From NCBI GenBank assembly GCA_002633005.1, contig NMRA01000208.1, positions 103,504-167,503 on the forward strand: 64,000 nucleotides of DNA, given 5' to 3'. This DNA comes from Phoronis australis. Its lineage: Eukaryota; Animalia; Phoronida. Under the pieces are notes generated by a model. It did no database searches and was not told the DNA's origin. It saw nothing but the letters and a program-made list of their open reading frames with translations. Positions 1-12,484 of the stretch are shown here, in pieces (within the stretch, counting starts at the first letter, position 1; every line of letters begins with the position of its first letter). Both the position numbers and the translations under genes were made by a program.

Positions 1-1315
1 TCGGTTGCCATGGCAGCTTTCCATAGCTTCCACCTGGGCCTTTTAATGGACTGTTGTCTGAAAGTCATTAAAAGATCAATGAAACATTCGGAACATATTT
101 GCTGGGTTGTTATAAGGACTGGCAGGTTATTCAGAAAGATACGAGAAATTATGTTGTAACTTTGGTTGAACCTCTAGTCAGACATTTGTAACCAATTGCA
201 ATTGCTTGTTTGAATGCGTCTTCCTAGCATTAGATAAGCCATCTCTTCGTTATTTTCATAGAGTTTTGAAAAGACTACGATGCAAATTAACTGCTTTGAT
301 AGTTTGTGGAGAGCTGCACTGGTTTGAACCGGAAGAGCCGACTACTCTGAAGGTTCACTCATTCGAGGATTCGCTACACCGAAGATTACTTCTCCGAAAA
401 TATATAAAATATCGGACTCAGGTGTAATTTTTATATTTTTATGAGCAAAAATACACAATACCTCGGTTTTTAGACGCTGTAGTGTGCCTACCGAAAACAA
501 CGCCCGGATACGAATACACTTTCTTTGTGTTTCCTCCGCAAGAGAATTTGGGCTAAAAAGCATGTCTAATGAATACGGGAAACTGAGTACGTACATTTTT
601 GAAAGAACACAAAGTACCAATATTAATGACCATGACACATTCATCCAATTTATGTCCCAACAGCACCATTTCCCAACGCAATAGAAAAGTTTATCCGATA
701 CTCCTCAATCTCACCAACCGTAATGGACCTTCGGAGTAGTGACGTGAAACCGATCGAAGTCAGTTCCGGTGACGTAAAGGCACGATTTTTTTACAAAATG
801 GTATTAGTTATTGTGGTGAAACACAACACAACGTATCACTACATTAAAGGAATCAAGGTAATCTGATAAGGGCGAAATTTCCGAATCACTATATTCGCAG
901 CATGGAAATGTGCCCCATGTATGACTGCAAATAAATCCATCCTCGTCTAATGTTCACACAAAGACTTGTGTCCCCGTGATCTCTTACACACAGTCTCGGA
1001 AGTTTACTACGATAGGCGATAGAAAGAGTAATAGTCAGGGAGCCCTGACCAAAGACAGACAAACAGTAGCGCATCAAAAATTATCAGCGGGAGTCCTGAA
1101 ACGTGGGGCTCCCTGACATTAATATAGCGCGCTCCGCTCTTCGGTGGCCTTGAAGCAGGTTTTGCTATAGAGGGCGTTGCTCTTTGGCTACTTATATTTA
1201 TATACGGATTCCACTTTTGAGACCAGAAATTCAATTTCTTGCCCATGTCATTTTAGCAAGAATAAGTCATTTTAAGTAATAAGGTGTTGTATTTTGTAAC
1301 CAGAGCTTGTGTCAT

Positions 1316-1406
1316 ACCACCATCACCATCATTGTGACCATCATCCTCAGTATCATTGTAATCACCATTGTCATCCTCACCACGTCACTACTGTCATCAA
1401 CATCAT
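1316..1406. repeat. Degenerate (CAT/CAC)n low-complexity tract
   Basis: accaccatcaccatcattgtgaccatcatcctcagtatcatt... shows a triplet periodicity. Confidence 0.6.
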
Positions 1407-2454
1407 TTAACCAGTCGCCAAAGATCTGTGCTATGCTGCTGGGTGCATGGAGTCAACAAGACAACTCAACATAAAAGTGACATGAAGTTCTCTGTCATGT
1501 AAGGAAACGTCTTATTTGAACTACGTTTGTGTATGATTACGGAATAAATGGTTACAGGGTATTTCGTTAATCCAATTTTCATTGTATAAAACGAAAATAA
1601 AAACCATACGTAGAATCTCGTAGAATTTTCACCATTTCGTTAAACGTGTTGGAAATAGACTTTGGTTCCGTGACAGGCTGACATACATACATCCACGAAA
1701 AATAAAATTGTTTTCAAGCGCTTGCTTCGTAAGATAACAATGGCGTGTACTTATGTCTTACTAAGATCAATAGACAGGTCAATACTTGGACGCAGTCTGA
1801 TTACCTGCATGCCATTTACAGTAATTTTGGTCATCAACAGCAATCACAAGCGACCATTTGTCATTTTGATAACTGGGAATCTATTTTTAAGCACGAAAAT
1901 GTCGATTTCCACAACATGTTGTTTAGCACGTCTCGAGACGGTCAAAATATGAGTTCCGTTGCAAGCTAATCTTACAGAGATTGCTGTCTCCCACGAAGTG
2001 GCATTGACTGTTGGTTTCTAAGGCGACACGCGGATGCTCCGAGATTGATGTGTCAAGAAACATATAATAGCGTATGAATGATGAATAATTCCTTGTAAAA
2101 TAACCAGTTATCTAAGTGTCATTACCAATCGTGGCAAAAGTCAACTTATACGCGACGACTGTCATTGTTATCGTTGAACAATTAATTTAAACACTAACGT
2201 CTGACTAAAACAAGTGATAATCATTTAAAATTTCCGATTCCAAATTTATAATTATTTTACATTCAAACATATAAATTGACTACTGATTTCATTTTTGAAG
2301 TATTCAGTTTTTCTGCTTTTGAGTATACGATGTGTAACCAGTAAGATGTTTAGTATTCTCCTGCTTTGTTGTCGCTAAGTAACCAGTTTTGTAACCGTTT
2401 TACAATTTTCGACCGGTTTGTGTCGAACATTAATTCAGCTGTTAGAAAAATGCA

Positions 2455-2853
2455 TTAAGGAAGCAACCAATCCAAGTATGACGTCAAAATAGACCTAAAT
2501 AACTATAGTTTTAATAGTTTGAAATAGAAATCTTCGTAGTACTTGATCTCATAGAACATAGCGCGCTACAAATTTAAATTTTCTAACCGACAGTCGGTTT
2601 TATCACCAAACTTACACACCTTGTACGACTACAGGAACATAGCACCTGACATTGTATACAATGCTCGACTCTACTGTAAGGGTTTACGAAATTGTACCCC
2701 AGGGCTGGGTTGTACGTAGCCTTGGTACTTTTTTACCCACATCAGCGCAAAGCTGTATATTCAGTATACAGCTTTGCGCCGATGTGGGTAAAAAAATGGT
2801 AAGATAAAATCGGACACAAAATTAGTGTCATTAAAAGACACAGTCTTCCTTAA
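2455..2853. mobile_element. Possible TTAA-flanked non-autonomous DNA transposon (Kolobok-like)
   Basis: TTAA|GGAAG at 2455 and CTTCC|TTAA at 2845-2853 give a short inverted terminus plus TTAA on both sides. The TIR match is only about 5 bp, so support is weak. Confidence 0.3.
2729..2795. repeat. Near-perfect 67-bp hairpin (31-bp arms, 1 mismatch, 5-nt loop)
   Basis: ttttttacccacatcagcgcaaagctgtata-ttcag-tatacagctttgcgccgatgtgggtaaaaaa. A diverged copy lies at 18906-18958. Confidence 0.9.
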
Positions 2854-5800
2854 GTAAACTAAATTATTTAACGGTGATGGAAAAATGGCATTCTACTGTT
2901 ATTTTGCTGCTAAAGTTGTGGAGCGATCTTTAGCGACGGCTTTCGGCGCCATGAAATATTGTGTTATCTATTGGCCAGTTTCTTTTTTCGCCGATTCTTC
3001 AATCAACTGTTGTTCTTTCACGAGGTTGCGTACACAGCACAATTATCGCAGCTGGTTTTACTTCATCATAAGTTTTTAGAACTTTGATTCCGAAAAACCG
3101 AATTTCTAAAGAAATTTTGCTGCTGCCAAGCTAACACCATCTCCCGAGAGATGTCGCAAAAATTTAGGAAATGGCGCGTGCGCGTGTCACGAGCGTATTG
3201 TTTTCAAAACAACGACATAACTTTTCTTTGTCAGAAAAAGCGGAGGATTATGTTGGTTGCATTGTTTTTCACTTAAACGGTTGTAAGGGGCAAGGTGAGT
3301 GTCGTTTGACTCTCAGATTTTGCATGCACCCCGTCCGGTATTTAGCTCTACATGTTGATACAGGTTTTACGGCGGGGTGACGAGCAGAACTACCCTGGCT
3401 GTGTGCAATTTCGGGGTCTACGGAAGAAAAACACACAGTGGTGTATTCAGGAACCCAATGGTCGTCCGCCTAAGCATAAAACCGGCTTGTTGTCGTACTC
3501 ACCCAATTATTCCACTTCAAAGTTATGCTCTGAATAGGATTTGATTTAACTTTCACAAATATATAGTATTCGTTGATTCAAACGTTTTCTTTTATTTGTG
3601 CCGAGTTGTTTCAACTATGCATTGCTTTTCGGCAGCCATTTTATAATGACCCCTATGGTCGTCATATGCTGCCGTCTTTTGAAAGAACAGAAAACCGCAC
3701 AGAAAAGGCCAAGAATATAGTGGAAAATAGTTCACAGCAATTCTAGTTCAACCACAAACTGTTTTACTGATATTTTATCGATTTTTAAATCGATTAAAAT
3801 TGGTTCAAAATTTCAGTTCTGGAAAATGAATCGCTATTGCTTTATTCCAGATAGACCTTACTTATTTTCTATTTGAGTCCTCTTTATTTGACTTTTTGCT
3901 CTTGTTGTTCTTAACACCACTTATCTCTGCTGTCTTTATTTTTCTTTTCAGTTTTTTTTTCCTTTTCTGTTAACACCTTGTCAGCCAAAACAGAACTGTA
4001 ACCCTTTGAGACTTGGCCGGCGGAAGTTGATCACTGAACTTCGATGTAGTTGTTCTAATAAATTACCCAATATTGTATTGTTTGATTTTTTTCTCACCTT
4101 TAACAGGCTTTTGTAATCATAAACAAATAAATAAATAAATACCCAGAATTGCATTTGCATTTTATTGCTCAATCTCTTCTTTTATTTTTAATTATGTCGT
4201 GCTGTGTTGTATGTAATGTAGTGAAATAAAGTCAATTGAATGTTTTACTTTATTGGTGGCCACTCTCTATCAATTCAAGTATTTTAATTTTCATCACACA
4301 AATCCAAAATGCTTTAACCAAAATTTTCAACATAAATGTTGATCTCAGTACTTTGTTTTGCAATAAAAAACAAGTGGACAATATTTTGATGACCAATGAG
4401 TGGGCCGAAACTGTTAAGATTCCAGCATGTTGCATTTGTCTGCTGCGTTTTTCCTTTGGCCTAACAGGTGTCGGTCAGTGCCTGGGACAAATAAACATAA
4501 ACAATCCCTGGGTTGTTTTTTGTTCCGTCTGGAGAAAATTTAATTTCGAAAATATCATCTGAAAATTAACAAAAAAGTGCATTAGTAAAATCTACAAGTT
4601 TTTAAGTGGACTCAAAAAACAGTCGGTAAATGCACCGATTTTCGTCTCAATTCTTCCATGCGTGTTTCTCCCGAGAGGTTAGTACCTAACGTGCAGACGA
4701 GTACTCCAGATTGGAACGCTAAGTCCCGCGTGGCTGCGCTGCACGCGAAAGAAGACGGCGGACGACCATTGGAGCCTGACGACGATAGGTATCCGGACCA
4801 TACCTAGCAGTATTTTGACGATACATGACGGTGTTTTCCGTTCCGTGACTTTACCAGACGTAGAGGGTTTTGAGCGTGTCATAATATCTATCGTCTTTGT
4901 CAACTTCCAAGCACAGTCTTTTGTCTGGTATGACAACAGGCAGACCAAATATCTACCAGGCTTATTACAGACCAACTGTGAAAACAGTCAAACCCAGAGC
5001 GAATTGGTACATTCGGAAAGAAAAGATTGTCGTAATTTCGGTTGTAGTTGAGCGATTTTGGCAATTCAAAAACTAAATATGATCACCATTTGACGATTTC
5101 AGAAATCCTATTGATTTATGTTCAAATATATTATAACTTAACTTTTATTTTAGCAGCACAGCCTAGTCAGGCTAGATATGACCTTACTGGAGATTAGAGC
5201 AATTATCGAAATAAAGGGAGCTGGCCCTCCAACCCTAAATGCCAGAATGGAGTTAATCAGTCGTGTAAGATATTGGCTACAAAGGTGTTCTTCCCACCTT
5301 GTTGTTGGGCTATAGAATCGATCAAGTTGGGAGCAATTGGAAAACGCCGTAATGGTTCTAATACAGCTAACTGGCTGGTTAGGTTGCATGATACTTCAAA
5401 ATTGTACGATGGATAAGTTTGATTGTTGCATCTCGTCATCAGCATTGTTCAACAATAGCAACGTGGAGCGTGATAATGCCACGTCATTGTTTGCTATGCA
5501 GAGTATAACTTTTATGGAACTGGGTCCAGTTAATTTATTTCCGCTTTCTACTTTTTGAATGACGTAGGTGCACAATTTTCAAGTCTCTAATCGAAATAAC
5601 AACTTCCAATTGTGGAAAATTGGCTCACATCTGTCATTGTCGGCAGTGAGAGTGGAATGTCAGCAGTGCTTTCATAATATACCTTTCATTGTCTTGTACT
5701 AGGTATGCAATTGGCGAATTTCCACAGGGGGTCGTGACTGCGTAACACTGAGTGAACTTACAGGTTTGCAAATGTCAGTGTTGTCTTTCTATACGTTTAA

Positions 5801-8157
5801 AAGCGTATTTTACGAGGAATATTACGCCGTACATACTTGTAACCCCGGAAAATATATATGAGTTTGGAGAAATCTCTCTTGAAATGTCTCTTACTTTTCA
5901 CAAGAGGTATTTGAATATCCGCTGTTGCATAAATCTCTTTCGTTCTGTACTCAAGAGATATTACAAAGACATATTTTGAAGTGTCCTGGATACACAAAAA
6001 TATAATTTAGAAGGTCGATGACATTTTGGTTCATTTTAAATCTTGGCATCTTGATTATAACCTTAATGTTTATCTTCTAATGTGTTTTTCTCACCCATAG
6101 CTGATGTATTTTTTCTTAAAAAAACCTTTGCTTAAATGTCGCCCATAGGGACATGCGCCAAATTCCGGAAATATGACTCTTAATTTATGGGTGCATGAGC
6201 TTAAATAGTCAATTTTCTGATATTGAGAAAGACAGGCGTTTTCGTTTTCGGGAAACCAAACATCTTTGATAAAGAGTACTGTACAATGAACTCAACTCAA
6301 ATGAAAATAAGGTTTTATTCGAAATAGTATCAAAATTTCTTTATAATATTAAATCTCTTTGTGTGAGTGCATAGAATTGTATACATGTAAAATAACTTAT
6401 TCAGTATGAAAATGATTTATTTACATTAGCAATGATATGCTATTGTAATCTTAACATCAGTTTTTCAACTCATGTATTTGTGTATCATAATTGTATATAG
6501 ATTTCTTTGTATTTATTTAACCCAGATATAATGTCTCTTGGCGCTTTCTGGGCAATGTTTATTCATTGTAATGAAGACTTGGTAATAAACATTTAAAAAA
6601 GCACTCTTCCTATATTTCTGACGAGAATTTGCTGTTGGCGATTTGAAATACCTAAGTCTTTCGCAGGGCTTTCGTGCCTAAATAATCCTCACTTCCACAG
6701 TTAGCCCCGTGTGGTCGCCACCAAAATGTGGTCCTGTCATAGAATTTTTTACAAAGTTTGCTTTTGACGCAGGATTCTCAGGCGGATAATATATCTTTCA
6801 AACACAGTCCTAATCATCGTCATGGGTCAAAATATGCACAAATAATATAGTTATAACTAGCATGACCTCCATAGACGCCACCACCTTCTGGCAGTTAGCT
6901 ACAACCCCAACTAACGCTAGTTTGATTAATTGCCACCAGAGTTCCTGGTATGTTCCGCAGCACTTTTCGCCAGATTTGTATAAGTATTGTGTAACAAAAT
7001 AAAGGTTTATGAGATTGAGAGAATGCTTCATCTCAGTTGTAGCAGCAGGGATGGGAGTTGTGGCAGCCGTAGAGGCGGTCGGAACTGCGGTCGCAAGAGC
7101 GGTCGCAGCGACGGTCGTATCACCGGTTATACCAGAGGTCTTCTACTTCTACACCGCTGACATTTGATGACGATTTCAAGAGTACAGCGTCTAGCTTGAA
7201 TCACTGTTGTGACTGCTAGTTACTTCAAGATTGATAGATATCGACCTGTGTAATGTCACTGAGATTAGTTGGATGCGATTAATCGAATATACGTGTATGC
7301 AAATGATACGGCAGTAACCAGCAGAAGAGCTTCAGTAGAACTTGTTATCACTGAAGAGAGCAGTCCTTAATTACATTGTTATTAGCACAAAACATTGATT
7401 TTTAAGCAAGTTTACATAGCGAATCCTACTGACTCATTCATTGCTCCATAAAACACGACGTTAAATTGATGGAGTATTCTTCAGTTATTAACCATCAATA
7501 AAGAAATATTCGCTGTAAAATACATAAAAAATTCAAGTTTGCTTCGGCAACATTGGCACAGAGCAATTGTTGAGAGATAAGTACCACATCACTTTTGTAA
7601 TCATTGTGAAGCCTCAGAACGGGAACAATCCATTCTTTTCAATGATTGCGACACGGTTGCAACATCCTTGCGCATACAGGCTTCATATATCTCGTGAACA
7701 TTCAAGACATGCTTATTTTACCACTTTCGTGGCTTATCAACAAAATTCATATTTCACTGTCTGCACCAGAAACCACACAGTCACACATTGGTGGTCATTC
7801 TTCGTCGATGTCAGTATTTCATTATTTATTGCAGAAGAGTTCAGTGGCAGGTTGCATGAGACAGTCCCAAACAGAGATAGTAACTCGTCTGTGCATTTCT
7901 GCTTTGTTTGCTCAAATTTAATGTTTTTCTAAGTTGTCTTTGACTAATGGCATTTTTGCAGCAATATATCTAAAAACTGAGCCCTTATTTCAATGAAAAT
8001 AGATAAAAAATATTGAGAATTTAAGGTACTTCACACTTAGTGTGTATCAAAGCGAAAATCGATTTAGTAATGAGGATAAAACAGCATAGGAAAGGTGTTT
8101 TCACAAATCCACAAATGCGGTGAAAAGTTAAGGAACATAGTTGAGTCCTCATTTCTG

Positions 8158-8269
8158 ACTGTTTCATGCACATCCGGGCACAGGTGTCTGTTTCATGCAC
8201 ATCCGGGCTCCGGTGTCTGTTTCATGCACATCCGGGCACCGGTGTCTGTTTCATGCACATCCGGGCACC
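8158..8269. repeat. 29-bp minisatellite (ctgtttcatgcacatccgggcaccggtgt), about 4 units; also at 9222-9348
   Basis: gtttcatgca recurs at 8161, 8190, 8219 and 8248. Confidence 0.9.
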
Positions 8270-8286
8270 NNNNNNNNNNNNNNNNN
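8270..8286. other. Assembly gap (17 N); single Ns also at 24587, 27135 and 54640
   Basis: N characters in the sequence. Confidence 0.98.
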
Positions 8287-10689
8287 TTCAGAAACGATTC
8301 TGTTTGAAGCAGAGACTGGAGTAGAAAATTTGGTCAAAAATGACTCATTCCACACCCAGAAATTGCCTCATTTTGCCCCCCAGAACACTTCCCTTGTATC
8401 TCCTAAACCACCAAACTTTGTGGTGTCATACTTCACCAATTTTCTCTCATCCCTAATGTGATTTATCAGACTAAACACGGATCTGAATGGTTGACCCCCC
8501 ACCTTGCCGCTTGTTGGCTGTACTGTGGTCGGTGGATCCGTGGACTGATACTTAACCATCAATAAAGAAATATTCGCTGTAAAATACATAAAAAACTCAA
8601 GTTTGCTTCAGCAACATTGGCACAGAGCAATTGTTGAGAGATAAGTATCACATCACTTTTGTAATCATTGTGAAGCCTCAGAACGGGAACAATCCATTCT
8701 TTTCAATGATTGCGACACGGTTGCAGCATCCTTGCGCATACAGGCTTCATATATCTCGTGAACATTCAAGACATGCTTATTTTACCACTTTCGTGGCTTA
8801 TCAACAAAATTCATATTTCACTGTCTGCACCAGCAACCACACAGTCACACATTGGTGGTCATTCTTCGTCGATGTCAGTATTTCATTATTTATTGCAGAA
8901 GAGTTCAGTGGCAGGTTGCATGAGACAGTCCCAAACAGAGATAGTAACTCGTCTGTGCATTTCTGCTTTGTTTGCTCAAATTTAATGTTTTTCTGAGTTG
9001 TCTTTGACTAATGGCATTTTTGCAGCAATATATCTAAAAACTGAGCCCTTATTTCAATGAAAATAGATAAAAAATATTGAGAATTTAAGGTACTTCACAC
9101 TTAGTGTGTATCAAAGCGAAAATCGATTTAGTAATGAGGATAAAACAGCATAGGAAAGGTGTTTTCACAAATCCACAAATGCGGTGAAAAGTTAAGGAAC
9201 ATAGTTGAGTCCTCATTTCTGACTGTTTCATGCACATCCGGGCACAGGTGTCTGTTTCATGCACATCCGGGCTCCGGTGTCTGTTTCATGCACATCCGGG
9301 CACCGGTGTCTGTTTCATGCACATCCGGGCACCAGTGTCTGTTTCATGAACGATATTTAAGAGTTAAGACAAAAATTTTGTCTTACGATCCCACTGCACA
9401 ACTGCTAAAAGTTTAATCAAGTCATTATGAACTCATTGCAGTCTAGAAATAACTATCACTTGAGCCACCTTGTACTTTTGCTCAAGTGAGATTTAACTAT
9501 TTTTCAGAAGTAGTTATGTGCAGCGTAAGACCAAATTTCTGACTTAAGTCTGAAGTCACTTTTCATTAAATGGATCACAGATCTGGGTAGATGTAATGAA
9601 ATTGTGAAAGCTGCAAGGAGTTTCAGCTAGTGGAATTTGGTATAAACACAACTGACAGTTTCAGGTACAGCTTCAGAAATAATAACTGCACTTTGTGCAT
9701 TTCCAAACCGCCACGAATCCTTGAAAGAGTAGTTAAGTTAAGTCTAGATTCAGTAAAATGATCGTGTGTAGCCATTGTGTCTCTGGGTTTGCAGTTAAGC
9801 GAACATCCGTCATGGCACATTTCATGATGCATTTCTGTTAATATCCCATAGCACCAAGGCTGAAGTCTGGATTTCCAGAGGGTCGGGGCAAATACGCCAA
9901 AGGCTTACTAGTATACCAGAGACACAGCTTACTTTGATCGCGACTCCAACAGAACAGAAGTGCCAGGCGCAACTCTCTTTGATGTGCATACTGACGTCAC
10001 AGAGAAGACCTATAATCCAACAAACCTTTTGCATTCATCATCACATTCAAGGTTTCTGTACAAGAGAGGTGGTAAGTCCGGTTCATAGAAATCAAGACGT
10101 ATGCGTGGCAATCTACCTTTGAAGTCAAAATATCAATCCAAAACTCGAAGGTCACCAAAGTATCCGAAGAACACTATTCCACAAACTCTTGAATGGCACA
10201 GAAATGAAGGTTCGACCTGACTACACTTCTCCTTATGTTGCAGTAAAATATTGTCTACGGCTAGAAATATCTCTCAAAAGACATTGATAAAATGTGGCTT
10301 TACTCTCTCATTAAAAATGTTCGTAAAGAGCAATACAATAGAAATATGAACTGGTTTTGAGGGTAAAATTAGGTCATACATAATCTGATATGCCCGAGGA
10401 TTCATTCTTCATTAGTTTTACTTCACAAACACAGGTGCCTCTTTCCCCTGATTTCTCTGACTCTTATTAGCTTGGCGTGTTTTTATTTTTGTCAACTTTG
10501 CTTTATGGCCAATCACTTTGATATGAAATATTATAACACATCTTCGGAGGATTTTACTGGGCTACAGTTTCCGAAAGTGCTCCTTAAACTGAGTGAGGGC
10601 TAACTGGTTCCCACGAAAATTGTTCCACCCTCTGCCGGTGTTCATTGGCAACAACTGCAAGCCGGGCCTTGGACCCGTATATGTCCAGA

Positions 10690-10992
10690 TGTTCTTGACT
10701 TTCACCCATACGGTCTTCAGACATCCCGCTCAAAACCAATGTCCCTCCCTGTCCAGCACCTTCATTTCTACTGTCTTTAGCTGGTGTTCCTTGAGACCGA
10801 GGTGGTCGTACGCTGCGGAATTCAAACCATTGGCCTTAGCCCTGCGATGCGGAGACGCGTGCTTTCTTCGCAGCTGTGATGTCTCACCATTGTAAGAGTC
10901 TTAACATTCGTCCCCATCGCACACCAGTGACATCACCATACTGAGATGATTTGTCCTTGGTGTGCACTACGTTACTCCTGAGAGTGTTGACA
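10690..10992 (-). mobile_element. Penelope-like retroelement GIY-YIG endonuclease relic
   Basis: The minus strand reads NTLRSNVVHTKDK ... CDGDEC*DSYNGETSQLRRKHASPHRRAKANGLNSAAYDHLGLKEHQLKTVEMKVLDREGHWF*. This matches the PLE pattern TLRxxLVHPKDK / CxxC-YIGET / HRR / SAVYxH / VLDRExxWF, with stops and frameshifts. Confidence 0.85.
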
Positions 10993-11129
10993 AGCTGTTT
11001 CTGTGGCAATCAGACAAGTCATCAATTCTCAGTAGAATAGCCCAGGCGGATCCGTGCCGGCGGGAAAACTACATTCCATTCAGTTACGGAAGTTGTGTTT
11101 TATAATTTTGTGCATCTAGTATTCCACCA

Positions 11130-11258
11130 GTAACGCTAGGACCTCGCTGGGACCACGCAAGACTGCGCGAGATTACGCAAAGATAGTCGTGTAGTTTAAA
11201 TGAGAGCACATGATTCTGGCTAATTTTTTCTCACCGCGAGATATTTACTGAACTCTAG
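11130..11258 (+). mobile_element. Dispersed non-autonomous repeat family (core GGACCTCGCT...AATGAGAGCAC(G/A)TGATT...TACTGAACTCT)
   Basis: The same core occurs at 24471-24586 and 25374-25490, and inverted inside 57749-57955. Confidence 0.7.
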
Positions 11259-12484
11259 CCTGGATGAATCATAATGCCCGTCATCTAATCTGTTCGTTTT
11301 GTTTAAACGGCAGAGGTTTATGGTTTCTACAGCGCCTTATTGGTCACTCCACTGATAGTAGGGACCTCTGTCTTGCGTGTGCGGTTTTGAATGAAAAGAG
11401 ATATTTCATGGCTGGCCGATCAAAACACCTCATAATGGAAGTCATCGAACTGATTTTAGCCAATCAGAAGGCAGAAATATTAGTGGTCGTGTAATAATTG
11501 TTATTAATTCATTTGTCGTAATATTGTATGTCTAAGCGGATATCTTGTGAATACATATTCAGCAAGCAGATCTAGTATTCATCGTACAGCTACGTGTTCT
11601 CGGATATTTACTGGTTTTACGAAGCTCTCCGGAGACACTGCAAAAATATTGATCCGGATCGTGTGCAGTAACATTAGCTTGTGAAATACGGTACTTTAAA
11701 GTCTTAGGACGAAGTATGTGATGTGCCGGTTTTCATCAATTTTCTATTATTAGATTACTGTCGACATAATTTGATCTTACGCACATTTTGGTAATAACAC
11801 AACGCGATTACACACGGAACGACTGTAACGTCGCGTGGTATGGTAAAGCGACGTTTTCCCTTAAATACATTCTGGTGTGAAAGTGCCTTCTTTTCAATAA
11901 CATTTTTCTCAATTTAAGTAGAACATTTGACCTGGAAGAAAGAGGAATTAGAGAAACCATTTAATCGAGTTGTGAACCACGGAACAGTCTAGCTCTAACA
12001 CCCCTTCTCACCATATCAGCGGAAGCAACCAAGCCTTGTCATAAAGATCAAACTTTACCATGAGACCGGAAACTTACTACCTTATGAGCACGCATCATAA
12101 CTTTACAAACAATTACCCTTAACACTGAAGCTGAACTTTAACCACACCTACACAGACTGACCACATATCACAGGGGTATTGCACTGAAGGTTTTGCCCGC
12201 TAAGAGTTTTTGTGCTTGGTAGGAGTGCTTAATTACAGTATGTGATAAGATTTTATGAATTTTGTGGAGAATGGTAGTCTTCCACTACGTGGTAATTGGC
12301 CTGGCGTCTTTGGTAAAGGTTTAATAACTACAACGGGGTCGGAACAGACGGCAATAACGACACTCCACAGAACGCAGCCCCTATGTTTCAAACCTCATTC
12401 ACGACAAGGGAGTTCTTAAAGACGTGGACTTAAAAACTTTTCGCAAAAGCTAATTTATCTAGTAAAAACATTTATCCCACCTAC

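Larger units (their letters stand above)
7488..9333. repeat. Direct duplication of about 780 bp (7488-8269 and 8552-9333) separated by an N gap
   Basis: The copies are about 99% identical (I counted about 6 substitutions by eye). Copy 1 ends exactly at the N run at 8270-8286. Confidence 0.9.

Noticed and set aside
7567-8996. Duplicated 121-aa and 91-aa ORFs (and the duplicated 87-aa ORFs at 24226 and 25129) as paralogous genes
   Set aside because: They have non-ATG starts and no recognisable domains. Their identity simply reflects the N-bounded duplications.
9912-10071. Plus-strand exon-like stretch ending RFLYKRG|GTAAGT
   Set aside because: The acceptor is weak, there is no recognisable homology and no partner exons, so it is unsupported.
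10593-10995. Downstream exon of the prohormone-like gene
   Set aside because: The minus-strand translation has stops and matches a Penelope GIY-YIG endonuclease instead.
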